From the NCBI GenBank assembly GCA_024679065.1, contig JAGIQG010000012.1, positions 55,242,001-55,306,000 on the forward strand: a stretch of 64,000 nucleotides of DNA, given 5' to 3'. Below are positions 38,616-52,222 of this stretch, piece after piece (position 1 is the stretch's first letter; every line of letters starts with the position of its first letter). Below the pieces are notes generated by a model. The model ran no database searches, had not been told where the DNA came from, and saw only the letters and a program-made list of their open reading frames with translations. The DNA comes from Sphyrna mokarran. Its lineage: Eukaryota. The translations under genes were made by a program, and so were the position numbers.

Positions 38616-39229
38616 TATGTCAATCTTGTCACAGCAATTTTATTCATTCATCCTATTACATGCAGAAGGAGGAAATGGGGATAGGCTTTCCTCTTGATCC
38701 ATTAAAGGTCTAAAGCTACGAAAAGTTTATGTCAAAAGGCTAATTGTTATGCAGAAAGTGTAAGGACTTCTGAAAAAAATGCTGTTTAAAATGAAAATGT
38801 TCTGAAAAATTAAATGCATTTGTTAACAATAAAACATCAAGTACTTTAACAAAAAATAATTATAGTATTTAACAATAATATGCAAAGTTTGAAATATAGC
38901 AAGAAAATATTTTCTTTTTCTCTTTGTACATAAATGACTTTTTCTCATTTCTATCTATTGATTCTAGCAAATCTATTCAATCTGGTTTTTTTAAAGAAAT
39001 TATACATTTGGCAAAGACACGAAAAGGAAAAGAAAAAGGTCCAAAATTGAACCATTTCCAATATACTAAAATTGACACTCTAAAGCATCATAGTTCAGAA
39101 TCACTGGCAATTCTCCTGTCAAGCAAACAAGTCAAATTATTAAAGATTTCCAGCATCCACAGTATTTTGCTTTTATTTAAGTAACATTATTTAATTACTT
39201 CACAACTGATATTGGAAGCAAGAATGTTA

Positions 39230-39436
<207 letters not shown>

Positions 39437-39614
39437 TTAAAAAAGGTACATTTATATGCAAGAAATATTGTACAATTAATCTCTGCTAAACAAATAAGCA
39501 ACATAACTTGGCATATGCCTGGTATCTAAAATGTTCAAAATATCCATGGATTACTTTTAATATGCTGTTAGGAACAAAATTATGCTATTTAAATCTCAAA
39601 ATGCAAACCTATAA

Positions 39615-41530
39615 AAAGTGAAAAGGACAGGGCTCAGTAGGCCAGGCAGCATCCATGAAGAGAAGTATAATTAACTTTTCAGTTTGATAACACTTTGTCA
39701 GGAAAAATAGATTCAGAATAAGCTTCAAAAAAAGTGAGAGGGGAATAAAGAACAAAGAGGAAGGTCTATGATAGAATGATGATGTGGAAGATGTGGTAAA
39801 TGGAACCATTGGTTCTGGGAGGATTTGGAGTAGAGAGCAGAAAGAAGGAGAGCAGACATGTGTCAAATAGATTGGACACAGCTGAAGGCTCTGTCAATCA
39901 CTCCGGCAGGGGAAATCTTCACATGAGGAAAGAGGACAATCAAAAGTGTTAGTGGGAAGGTTGCATCGTGTGAATAGATGCAGAGGAGATGGGAAACTAG
40001 AAGAACAAAAATAAGAATCCTTACAGAAGCGGGATGAGAGTCCATGGATCTGTCGTGATGTCAGTTGATAGCCTATCACCAGAAATTAAGTCAGAAAAGT
40101 TAAGAATGGGATGGAAAGATTCAGAGATGGACCAGGTGCAGATAACAGAAGGGTGGAAATTGAAAACAAAGTAACTTATATTTTCCAATTCAGTACAAGA
40201 GCCAGAAACAATTCTGACATTCATCAATGTACTGGGAAAAAAAGAGTTGCGGGAAATGCTGGAATTGGACTGGAAGAACAAATATTCCATCTACCCCAAA
40301 AAAGGGAGCGATAGCTGGAATCCATGTAGGTTCCCACAGCAGCCACTTTGGACAAGGTGGACATAAAGAATAAATTGTTCATTACAAGAATAAGGTCAGC
40401 CAGGTAATGGAGAATGGTGGTGGATGGAAGGGAGAATAGATGGGAGGATTTTCACAATGAAAGCAAGCACCCAGATATTAATTAGTCTTAAAGGAACAGA
40501 TTCAGGTGTTCCAATGTCACCAGTAGTACACAGTATAGATGAGCAACAAGCAATATGCTGTTATCTGTTAGATAGCAAAATAATAGACCGCTCTGATATA
40601 TGGCACTATTACAGATTCTGGAAACTTGAGGGAGTTCATGTGACATAGCTCCCACTTCATTTCCTGGATTTTGATGAAAGGATATATTTTTCCAGGTCTT
40701 GAATTTTGACAGGTTTACCAGAGGAGCTGGTGCTCTTTTGCTCCTTGCAGACATACCATCTCTATGACCACAGTATTGCCTTAGAAATGTAAATGGTATC
40801 GGTGCATTTCAGTCACAGGGGCATAAGTGCTCCTTTAAAGATAACACAGTCCCCACTGGTTTCTGAAGAGTAAATATTCCTCTGGTACAATTCATGCTTA
40901 GTCACACATTGTCCATTTGAAAAAAAGTAGTCAGTTTGATACAGATATATATTTCCCTTTCTGTCTTCTAGACAGGACACTTGTCATTTCAATTCCCGAT
41001 CATGATTCTACTCCGACCTGCTAGAATGTACAAATGAAACTTAAAATATGCTTGAGGAAAAACACTTCATATTTGACTCAACAGTCATCTGGATTCAAAA
41101 TTGAGTTCATAATCTCCAACTCCATTTTGCTTTTTTTTATTGCTGGTTCATTTTTTTCTCCCCCCCCAAGTGTCTTTCTTTATTCCCTTACTTTGCAATT
41201 GGATAACTGGCATCAAGCCATTCACACCTCAGCTAGACAAATTCCACCCCCTTTGGGTTTTGTATTATGAAGTCTTATGTTATTTAATCTCTCCTCCCTC
41301 CATGTTGTCATACATATTCCTTTTTGTTCTTCCTTTTCCCCCAAAAGCACCCATTTCACTTGCCCAATATTGATTACATATCTATTTTTCCTGAGTTCTG
41401 AGATCAAGTCATCCACAAAAACATTAACTGTAACCCTCCACTGGTGCTATCTGACCTATTGAGTATTTTCAGCATTTTGATTTTTCTCCCCCCAGATTTC
41501 AAGCATCTGCTGTATTTTGTGTTTGAATTA
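39615..41530 (-). mobile_element. Decayed Penelope-like element with terminal parts in opposite orientation
   Basis: ctcagtaggccaggcagcatcc at about 39633 versus tgctatctgacctattgagtattttcagcatttt at about 41445. A minus-strand YIDE (YIDD-like) motif lies at about 40220-40235. Confidence 0.55.
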
Positions 41531-43069
41531 ATTGATAGAGTCTTATCAGTTCACATTTCAAAGGAATTATAATCAACATCATCCTCTTTTTCTGTCTGAT
41601 TTAACTGATTGCTCAACACTGATGAGATATTTGGGAAACTATACAAGTTTCCAAGTTTGAATCTATGAGGGAAGTGGATTACTATCAATGTTCATTGACA
41701 TGTTTGCAGTCAGCATTTCAAGTATCCTTTGTAGCTTCCTTCGAATATTGAGTCCAATCAATTCTCCCAACTACCATCATTTCCTCCAATGATGCTGTCA
41801 AGTCACTGTTTAAAAAATTCAAAATCCATCCCTACTTGCAGTTGATACTCCGTTAAAGCTACAAAAATAGTCGGAGTTTCAAAGAACAGGACAGCATCTG
41901 TAACTATTTTCTAGCAACGGACAGTGTGAGGAGTGAAGGAATGCAAATGTTAAGAGAAAAGGAGTTACAGAAAGTTCAACTAGTTCAATCTTGGAATTTC
42001 ACTGAACAAATTTATCTAAATGTCTAATACCAATATTTCCTTTGTCTAATAGTGATATTACCTTTATCTGAGAAAGATTTATCATATGCCTTGAAATTGC
42101 ACTGTACACAAGTTGGCAGAACTTAGTTACCTATTTTATTGAAGGTGTTATTAACCTATTTATTTTAATGTGCCTGTTTGATATATCCATTTTACCTGCC
42201 AAGTAATGAACAAATATCATCCTTTTTGCAATTAAAGCCACATTTCAAATATGAACTCCAATGATCTAATTGGTTTACGAAGCAACTGAGCTATAAAATT
42301 AGGCTTGCACTGCACTGAGCTTGCTACTCTTAGGCACTGCAGCAAATAGTTATTTACTTGTTCCCTCACAGATGCTGACTGACCTGCTATATTTCTGGGA
42401 TCTTGAGTTTTTGTTTCAGATTTTCAGTACCTGCTTTTTGCCACTTGTGTTGCCACAATGAGCCTCAGCATCCTGAGATAGGAAGAGAAATATTATCCTT
42501 TTCATAACAGCTCTAGTTAGAAATGCTTGTGTGCGAATATCAAAAGTGGTCAGAATCAATGAGTTGAATTTTGTGGACTTAGACTCTACAGAAATTGAAA
42601 GTTCATTTGTGAGCTGGGAGCCCAATTTTATGATCAATAAGCTTATCCATTGCTCTTTCCACAGTGACTCTGTCAAGTTGGGAAACAGGTGCCCTGATTG
42701 GGGGAGGGTTAAGAGAAAATATTTCTTAATTGTCTTTTAATTAATCAGTTACTGAATTGACAGATTAAAGGTGTTATTCCCTGTTACCTTCAAAGAAGAG
42801 GGCATCTGTAATTATTTTCCAGCAACGGAAGTTCAATTAGTTCAATCATGGAATTTCACTGAACAAATTTATCTAATCAAACCTTCCTTACAATTTTGTC
42901 CTGCACTTTTTCCTTTTTTCAATTTTTTTCTGACCTCCAAGTTTCCAGTCTTCCCTCACGTATGCCACGTTCCCCTAGTTGGTTTCTCGTGTTGTGCAAA
43001 GCGAGCAAGATGTTTACCTTGGAGCATATGGTTAATGCTTGTGTGTGGAGTCTTTTAACGTGGGGAGAC

Positions 43070-43280
43070 TGTTGCATTGCAGCTACCACATAGTTCTAGC
43101 TGACCAAGAAACTCTTTCACTCTCACCTGCCACAGCTGTGTTAAAAGGATTTACAGGTTATCAAACAACTTACTTGGCCATACTTAAAATGTACCTTCCA
43201 TGATCACCAAGTCATGGAGTGGGGCTCAAACCTGGAAATTCTAGTTCAGACGTAGGTGCACTACTCATTGTACCATCTAC
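43070..43280 (-). mobile_element. tRNA-derived SINE fragment (related copy at about 21100-21280)
   Basis: Minus strand reads gtacaatgagtagtgcacctacgtctgaactagaatttccaggtttgagccccactccatgacttgg, with A/B box-like motifs. Confidence 0.55.
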
Positions 43281-43513
43281 CCTTCTGGTGTATAGGCTTG
43301 TTCTGATGCACATCTTTTCAGAGTGTTTCTAATTCTCCTCTGGTCTAATGTATTTGGATTTTGTTTCCTGTTCTGTGTGCAATAAAATCTCTAAACCAGC
43401 TGTAATGGCGACTAGATACCATAGTGAATTAGAGATCAGGAATACCACCTACAGATCTTGGGGATGGGTAGAAGTAATGGTTAATGTTATGGGCCTCTAC
43501 CAGGTATGGCTAA

Positions 43514-43596
43514 GGTGGGGGGTGGGGGTGGGGTGGGGGGGTGGGGGGGTGGGGGTGGGAATTAGAGAACGATCTGGGGGGCGGGAGGGTGGGTGT
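43514..43596 (+). repeat. G-run (GnT) low-complexity tract, G-quadruplex-forming motif
   Basis: ggtgggggtgggggtggggtgggggggtgggggggtgggggtggga...ggggggcgggagggtggg. Confidence 0.9.
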
Positions 43597-45124
43597 GTGG
43601 ACAACATGGACTGTCAGCCCAATGCCTTCTTAGTCATCATTGATGAAAAATAACACATTAGCCAATTCACTCACCGTTGAACCTACTGAAACACCTAACT
43701 AGCTAGTTAACACATATTTGAGGGTCTATTTCCCTCCATAAAATGCCACCATAATAAGGAATGGGATGAAAAGTGGAACAAAACATCCAGCCCATATATT
43801 TACCATTTGAAGTGAAAAGGTAGGAAGCAGGAGATGATTATCTACTTTTAGGAAGTGCCCTGAGGATACTCCCTCCCCTTGTGTCTTCCCCAGCTGTCAA
43901 AATCCAAATCACACTCCAGACTTGAAAAACTTATGGTGAGTTCATGATCCCTCCTCTCCCAAAACCCTAGGACTTGCCTTCAAGTCTGGTCACCATGATC
44001 TCCTTCTTGGGACTGTGTGTAGTCTCAGCAGCACTCACTACAAGGTTTTTGCACTGCCAGTCAATCTGATTGGCTGATAGCTTTGAGGGGCAGCAGCTCT
44101 TTTCCTTGAACAGCAGAAATCCCACCCTTCCCTTGTTAAAGCCAGCCCCAGCACATTGGTGCTGCAGCACAGCTTTTGTAAAATTGGTCAGCATACGACT
44201 GGCTTTTCTACGAAGGATGTCGAGCAATATATGCCATCCCCATTAAATTCAGCCCATCGACTCAATTGGATGCAAAACTTCATGTGAATTGCATTTATGA
44301 AATAACAACAGCACAAATTTGTCCATAATTCAGTCCAACCTAGCATTCTAATTTGAGAGAGGTTACGAAAAATTGAAAAATTTAGGCTGGTGTGACTTGT
44401 ACTGTCATGAGGTTATCAATAAAACACATCTTTGTGACAATGCCGAGTCAACTTTACTCTGCATTTGATTATGTTATACCTTGCTTGGAAGTGCTTTCTA
44501 GAACATGTCCAAAGTAGGAACATGCTCTGAACCCCCTGTTAATTCTTGTGGTCATTGTTACTGCTGGGAGAACATCTGGAGCAGAGGGTAGGTCATAATG
44601 CAATTTTGAAAGTGTTTATTTCTAAGGGGAAGAAAGTCTATTCACTATCAGAACACCATACAGCATGTTGATACTGTAATATAGGCTCTCCTGCAACATT
44701 TTCCTCTAACCTTTTCAAGTCAGAACTGAAGCTTATTGATTTAATAGAACATATAATAGAGAAGGTATATAGTAAATTGGTTGGAAGGAAGTATAACTTA
44801 TGAACAGTTAATTGCAAAGGTGAGTTAGTCCATCAATTGTTCAAAAGCTGTTCTAGTTGTTCCACATTAGAAAACTCAATAAAGCTTCCAATCCTGAATT
44901 AAAATTGTATATTCTTTTCAGATCTAGATCTGGTGGCATTTTAAAATTGCTACACAACCACAGCACCTGAACTGTAAAAATATAGTTCCAAAGATAATTG
45001 TGGCATGTACAAGGTATTAAATTAACCGATATTTTACAGAAAAATACTGAAACAAATCAACCTCAGAGAAATAAAACCTCTTGCATATTACTCTTGACTC
45101 AATATGCCATCAGAATTGTTGTAT

Positions 45125-46020
45125 AACTGTAGTTAACTAGGTTAAAGTCCACAAGGTATTATTTGGTAGCACAAGCTTTTGGAGTGTTACGCCTTCATTA
45201 GGTGACTGAAGAGTTCAGTTCAATAACAGGGCATATATAGACATAAACTCAATTGTAAGATAATGGTTGGAATGTGAGTTTTAATAGGTAATCAAGTTCT
45301 TTATAGGTGCAGACAGTGTGAATGACAGAGGATTAAGTACAGGTTAAAGAGATGTGAATTGTCTCCAGCCAGGACAGTTTATGAAATTTTGCAAATCCAG
45401 GCAAGTTGTGGGGTTACAGATAGTGTGACATGAACCCAAGATCCGGGTTGAGACCATCCTCATGTGTGCGGAACTTGACGATCAGTTTCTGCTCAGTAAT
45501 TTTGCGTTGTTGTGTGTCATGAAGGCCGCTTTGGAGAACGCTTACGCGAAGCTCAGAGACTGAATGCCCTTGACTGCTGAAGTGTTCCCTACAGGAAGGG
45601 AAGATTTTAGCCTAGTAGTTATCGAGCAGTATCCATTCATATAATGTCAGAGCATCTGCATGGTCTTGCCAACGTACTATGCCTCAGTACATGCTTTTCC
45701 GCAGCGTATCAGGTTTATTATGTTGGCCGAGTCACAAGAGTATGTACGGTGTACCTGGTGAATGGTGTTCTCATGTGAGGTGATGGCATTCTGTCATTGA
45801 TCCGGCATGTCTTACAGAGATTGCTGTGGCAGGGGTGTGTGATGTTGTGGTCAGTGTTCTTCAGAATGGTGGATAGTTTGCTCTGAACTCTTCACTCACT
45901 TGATGAAGGGACAACACTCTGAAAGCTTGTGCTATCAAACAAACCTGTTGGACTTTAACCTTGTGTTGTGAGACTATTTACTGTACCTACCCCAATCCAA
46001 CACCGGCAACTCCACGTCAT
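45125..46020 (-). mobile_element. Penelope-like element: GIY-YIG endonuclease remnant with inverted pLTR
   Basis: Minus strand about 45415-45745 translates to approximately CDSANIINLIRC...YVGKT...VGEHFSSQGHS...EQKLIVKFRTHEDGLNPD. Inverted repeat at 45140-45218 and 45883-45960. Confidence 0.85.
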
Positions 46021-49000
46021 GCTGCATTCAAGTTTAAGACAAAGTATCCACAGTTTTCAAGACCAGAACTACAACTTCAGTTAGTAACTCTCAAAGTAAA
46101 TAGCTTATGTGAGATTCAATGGAAATCATCTTATTTTTCAAAACTTAAAAACAAAGTGATCAGTAATCAAGGGAAGTTTACTGATCTCATAATCCCAATA
46201 GAGAGGAGTACTCAAAAGTAATGCAGATTGAAGACACAGCAAGGTACAATTGTGTCATATGTTGACTCATCTCTTCTAAGAATCCAAAATTAGGGATTTA
46301 CTCAAGAAGGATTGATGTTTAAATTTCAGGCATTTCAGATAGCGACAACAATTACCAAACTTTTGTTTCATAGTTCTATCATTTTAACTGTAAAATTCAA
46401 AGGAAAACTGCAGAACCAAATATTTTGAACCAAAAACAAAAGCTAGGTGATCTCTCATGGCATCACTCAGGCAAAACTAAAAGTGCTACTTCCTTGCTAT
46501 AATTGTTTCTTTGTCTCCTATTCTTTAAAACTTTCAACCTCCTCTATTTTTTTCACTCTCCATATGTGCGTCATTTGGTTGATTGTTGCCTCCACCTCTG
46601 GAAGTGGGTGCAGGTAATGTTTTGTTTTTAGTCTGTTTGTAAACAATACATTTCAGAGACTAATGGACTGATTTCAATGAGACATGGCACATCCATGCGG
46701 TACAGCCCAAGGGAGAACTGATTAATTTTGATGAAGGTGCTAATTCGGATCAAGATCCTGGATTTTTTTTAAAGGATCCTTTATCCTTGCGCGATGAGGC
46801 AAATTTATTTTTTTAAACAAATCCAGTGCATTGTTTTATTTAGAATATTGTTGATTGTTTTAGAATGTCTCAGTTGCTGCAATGCAATTCGTCACATCTG
46901 TCAAAATGTGAGCAGAGTTTTCAAAGCAAATTATTGGAGAATTAAACCGAAGTCTCCCCAGTGAAATAGAAATTCTTTATAAAAAATTTTTTTTTCAGCT
47001 TTGTAGTTAAATTGTGGTGAAAGTTGACCCAAAAATAAGGCATTAAGGAACATTTGTAATTTTTTAAAAATGTCTGTAGATTCTGTAATTAGTTTTGATT
47101 AAGTTTGAACAGGACTTTTAAGAGTTTGCTTCAATTGTGAAGGGACAAATTGTGATTTTCTTGAACAATAAAGAAATCATGATCCATGTGACCAGGCCAC
47201 TCCGGGAGAAAAACCAACAGGAAGTTAACATATGAAAGCTGTGTAGCTGGCTAACACAAAGGGGAGATGCATCTAAAGAAGAACTGAAACAGGGGAAGAA
47301 CAGAGAAGGCACATTCACATGGAGCTATGTGTAATACTTTAAAAAGGATAAAACAGTGAAGGCTTAGTTAGAACACAGGTATTGATTTGGACAATTCTAT
47401 AACTATGCTTCAGTTTTACAAGTGCTGGCAGGATCATTTAACAATGTCTCTGCAGAATCTTTGCTTTCTGATCACAGCAATGGAATTCTGCAGGTGTATT
47501 CCACTTGGTTGGCAACAATCTCTAAGGAATTTCAATCGAGTGGAGTTACCACAGTGACTTGAGGGCCAAATCCATTAAATAAGAAGTGAGATCCTCATTT
47601 CTAAGGCTGAGTTGGAAAAATCAAGAGACTGAACATGGTGTCATGAACATTTGTAATCTCGTTAGTCTTTGTTGCATTGGTTTTCCATGTGTAATTTATG
47701 ATTCACAGCAATATTAATTTGCCTGCTAAACCATGTTTAATTTATGTAGGTTTTGTAGTAAAAGCTACGTTTTCTTCATGGGAGGGGACCGGTTTGGTGG
47801 TGGTGGTGTCATTCAGTAAATTTGGTTATTTTGGTTTACTGGCAATCACAATACAAATCATCAACCACCCAGGAAAAAGTCTCAAGGGAAAGCTGTGTAA
47901 TAGTAATAACGATAACAGTGTGTTCTACTGAGTATGGTCTTCATTCACTGGACAATTTTTAATGCAGAAGATAGGGTTCCCATCTGTCTGTTACAGACCA
48001 GCAAAACTCCTGCACTTCCTCTTTCAGGGAAGGTTACCAGAGGTCAGCAGTTCTTATGAATAGCAGGTAGCTACTGAGAGTACAACACCTATACGTGGCC
48101 TAGTATTGTTGTTCGAGCTCAGACCACACGATAATAGGGTGGAAGTCATGGGGTGGGGAGTCTGGTCAGTTGCAAAAGCAGCGAGCCCCTCCTCTCCCCT
48201 CCCAATGCTGGGGTCCCTTGATCAAGCTATGACAGATTGTTGCACTGTGAGCCTACAAGCAAGCCCACACAGGTTGCTTGTCATGGCCCTGTTCATCCCT
48301 CAATTAATACCACTGCCAGCAGGATAAGGTGGGCATTAATTGTCCATTCAAAGGCAGTGACAGGATGGGTATGTAGGCCTCAGACTTAATTGGGGTGGGA
48401 TGAGTAAAGGCATTAGTTAAGCAAGGGGTTATGTTTTGATAAAAATTAAATGAATTGTTCACTTCCCTTAACTGACTTCTTGATGTGGTTGCAATGAGTT
48501 GTTCTTTCTGTGAGCTCTTTTGTCAGTTTATTTGGACAAGATTAAGAGGTCTGAAGTGAGGCCTCTGTTATTGATCTTTAATGGTTTGCCTGATTGATAT
48601 TTTTATAGCGTTTCAGGAACAGCAATTTATTTTCAAAATAAGATTTGTGAATGGGAGTTTTATTCCTGTCTCTCAGATGTTCCACAATAGCCATTGTTAT
48701 TATATGGTCCGTATAATGCATAACTGAGCATGGAAGGGGCATAAGTTAGCACTGACAATCTGATAAACCTCGGGGAGTGGTTTGGGGACAAAAGCTGGCA
48801 TTCATTGACATAGAAGGTACAAGGGCCATGGGGATGAGTGGCAGGATGGAGCTAGAGAACTCAGAATATGACACTACTGACACCATGTCCCATAGAATGA
48901 AGGGTGCCTTCTAACCAACCTGCCTTAGCACTTGCCAGTCCACAGCCACCAACACTCTGCTTCTAGGGTCAATGGGCCCAACTGCATCCCATACTCAACT

Positions 49001-49109
49001 TCAGAGCAAAATGTGTGTGCAGTAGGGTAGCTTTTAACTAGACAGTCTGACGAATCAAAAAAATTCTTAACTCAAGTTACCTGTCATGGTAGCTTTTACT
49101 AGCCCCTAC

Positions 49110-49462
49110 CTTCAACAACTTTTGTTTTTATGGAAAGAGGATAAGGTAAAGAGAGTTCCAAAGTTCCACTACCTTTCATGTGGGGAAGTGCTTCCTGACA
49201 TCAAAAATAACGTAGCTCTAATTTTAAGCAATGCCCTTCTTGTTCTGCAGTTCACCACCATAGTATCTTTATACCTGCCGTGTAAACTCCATTCATCATT
49301 TTAAATGCCTCAACTAAAGAATTGAAGAACAAGAAGAGCATTGCTTAAAATTAGAGCTATGTTATTTTTGATGTCAGAAAGCACTTCCCCACATGAAAGG
49401 TAGTGGAACTTTGGAACTCTCTTTACTTTATCCTCTTTCCATAAAAACAAAAGTTGTTGAAG
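49110..49462. repeat. 144-bp inverted repeat with 65-bp spacer (CR1 3'-derived sequence)
   Basis: Arms at 49110-49253 and 49319-49462 with about 6 mismatches. The ORF track shows the same peptide on both strands. Confidence 0.95.
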
Positions 49463-49874
49463 AAAATATGCAAGTCTAGCTGTTTCGAAAGAGTAAGGTA
49501 CCTGAGCAACCAGACAAAATTTGAAAAAAAAGTGCATTGTTGGCTCTCTATTTTATTAATTTCATAAATGTTTATTTACACAAGATAAAGAGGTTTCACT
49601 GCCTGTAATATTGGCTATTGATACTTTAAAGGGTTTGGATGATAAACATTTTTATAAAGCAATTTTTATGAATGGACAACAGTTTACTAAAGCCTTTTCA
49701 CACACGCTCATCATAGGGTTCAGTGGTCTTGCAGTTCCGTGCCATAGGTTGCCATGGAGGGTATGAGGGAACACAAAGTGTCAGCAGAAGGGTATAGTTC
49801 GGCATAGTGATAATGAGGGTCCATGGTGGGTTGCAAGGAGACATCAGTACAATCTTTTGAATTTGCTTTTGGGA

Positions 49875-50123
49875 CTGCATAGTAGCACTGCTGCTTCACA
49901 GCACCAGGGACCTGGGTTCGATTCCTGGCCTGGGTTACCGTCTGGGTGAAGTCTGCACATTCTTCCCATGTTTGCATAGGCTTCCTCCAGGTGCTCTAGT
50001 TTCCTCCCATATTCTGAAAGATGTGCTGATTAAGTGCATTGACCCAAACAGGCACCAGACTATAGCAACTAGGGGAATTTCACAGTAACTTCATTGCAGT
50101 GTTAATGTAAGCCTTACTTGTGA
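49875..50123 (+). mobile_element. V-SINE with a non-CR1 3' tail
   Basis: HE1-type head and core followed by ggggaatttcacagtaacttcattgcagtgttaatgtaagccttacttgtga. Confidence 0.8.
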
Positions 50124-52222
50124 TGGATGACTGAACTTTACTTTTTTGAAATCTTCTCGTCCAGGCTTTGGTTCACAATACCCCTGAGGGTCCATGAATC
50201 ACAAGTCGTTGAAAAGTTGGTCCAACACCATGAAAAACAGAGAACTATGAGATCTGTCACCCACAATGGAGCCAGACAGGTCAGAATTGCAGGGTGCAGG
50301 CTTATGACCTGCAATAACTGGCATCCTTATTCCATGCAAGCAAAAATCAGGGGCATCGGGAACAAGGCCAGAACTCCCAGAATTTGCTGTCATTCCTTAA
50401 GTCTGCCAAGCATCCCCAACTCGGTGTAAATCCAGTCTGATATGTATCTGAAATGCCCTCCTGAAAGTAAGGCATTGAATTGCACAGCAGATTCCATCAG
50501 TCTATTGAACATAAAATTTAGTTAATATGTTATCACATAAAAATGGTTGGTTAACATTTTGTCATTGAAATTATATACCTGTTAATGAAAGATTATCTTA
50601 TTCTTCACAAGATAGAAAATCTTGTAGGAAGATCCATAAAGGCCTGAATTGGGGACAGCACAAAGCTCATGGAGTCCAACAACATGATTATCTGGAATTA
50701 GAACCTAACATTGGTTCATGCCAACTCTGACATTGTGGATCATTTCATAGCATACAGAGTGCTAATGCTATCGTTACACAATGTCACAGAAACAGTACCT
50801 ACACAATGTAATTAAAATGAGAAAGTGGTTTAAAGATGCAGTTATGCTCTAGTATGTAACTTGGAAACATGTAGTTCAATTACAACATTTACACTTGGAA
50901 GGGAACTAGAATTACAGGTAGTTTTCAGCACAGAAACAGTCCAATCAATATAACAAGTCTATGCCAATGTTTATGTTCCATACAAGACACTAACAACATC
51001 ACTTCATCTCACATACATCTTTCTAAAGTAGCCAACCGTATTCAAAGGGAATGCAGGTTGGAAAACTGAGATTACAATGTGATCATCCACCTGAAACCCA
51101 CATTCTAACCCCCCACCCCCGCCCCGTCCCCAACTACAGCTTTCCCACTGAAAGAATAGGATTACACAACATATCCTATGGTTCCATATCCATGAGCAAA
51201 TCATCAAAGTATTCTCACCTTTTCCTGGTCACTTGCTATTTATTTTATATGGAGTATTTTTTTGAAAAGGGAAGGGACATTTGTCAAATTCATTTTCCCC
51301 TTCTGGAAGGTTTTCACAATGAACACCTACCCCAATCATTGTTGCCAAATGGTGTTGAGGTGTGCCAAGAATGGCCTGGCTGGCTGGCCCTCCGATTTCC
51401 CCTCTCCTAGAAAACAGTGGACTTCAATTAGTCCAGCCTTGCTCCGTTCCCTCCCACGCCCTTCCCTTAACAACTTACTTATACTTATTTAAAACCAGTC
51501 TTAAAATAATCATCAACAATTTTTCACAATTGTGAAATTAAGAGAGGGAAACCAATACTGCGTGAAACTTTCCGACTTAAATTAATCAGGACCTAAACAC
51601 TACTAATTGGATGTAGAGATTCTTTTTGACTGGATCATTAGATCTAGATATTTTGCTTGTCCAATCTCTGACAGAGTATTTCATTGCACAAGTGGAAGTC
51701 TGTGCCATATATGAATATATTAATTAGGAGCAAATTTTCCAGTGATGAGATTTTCAATTTAGTAAAGATGAAAGAGAGCGTTGCAACGCTATTTTCACTG
51801 TGTGGCGGGAAGAACAGCATTGAGAATGGGAGCAGTGAAGAAATAGAATATCTTACCATTACATTTCTATGTTGAAGACTTGTATTTTTATTACAACCAG
51901 CTGTTGCAAATCGCTGTGCAGAGTATTGTACAACCAAAAGATACTTTCTCACTACAGTATTTGTTTGCAAGTTTTCCTTTCAGTGAAAAAAAAACAATAA
52001 AGTAACATTTAATCAGGGCAACTACACTGAATTCCACCACATCATTCTGTTCCTCCCCCAACCAAAAATCTGCTAAAAAAAACTTCTCAGAGGTTGTTAA
52101 TGTATTATTGGAAATGAAAGTCTTTTTTTAAAGAAAAAAGTACTGACTAGATATCATGTTATGAAATACAAAATTGTAATTTAATGCAGTTTCAATAAAA
52201 AAGGAACTAAAAGTACCAGTAC

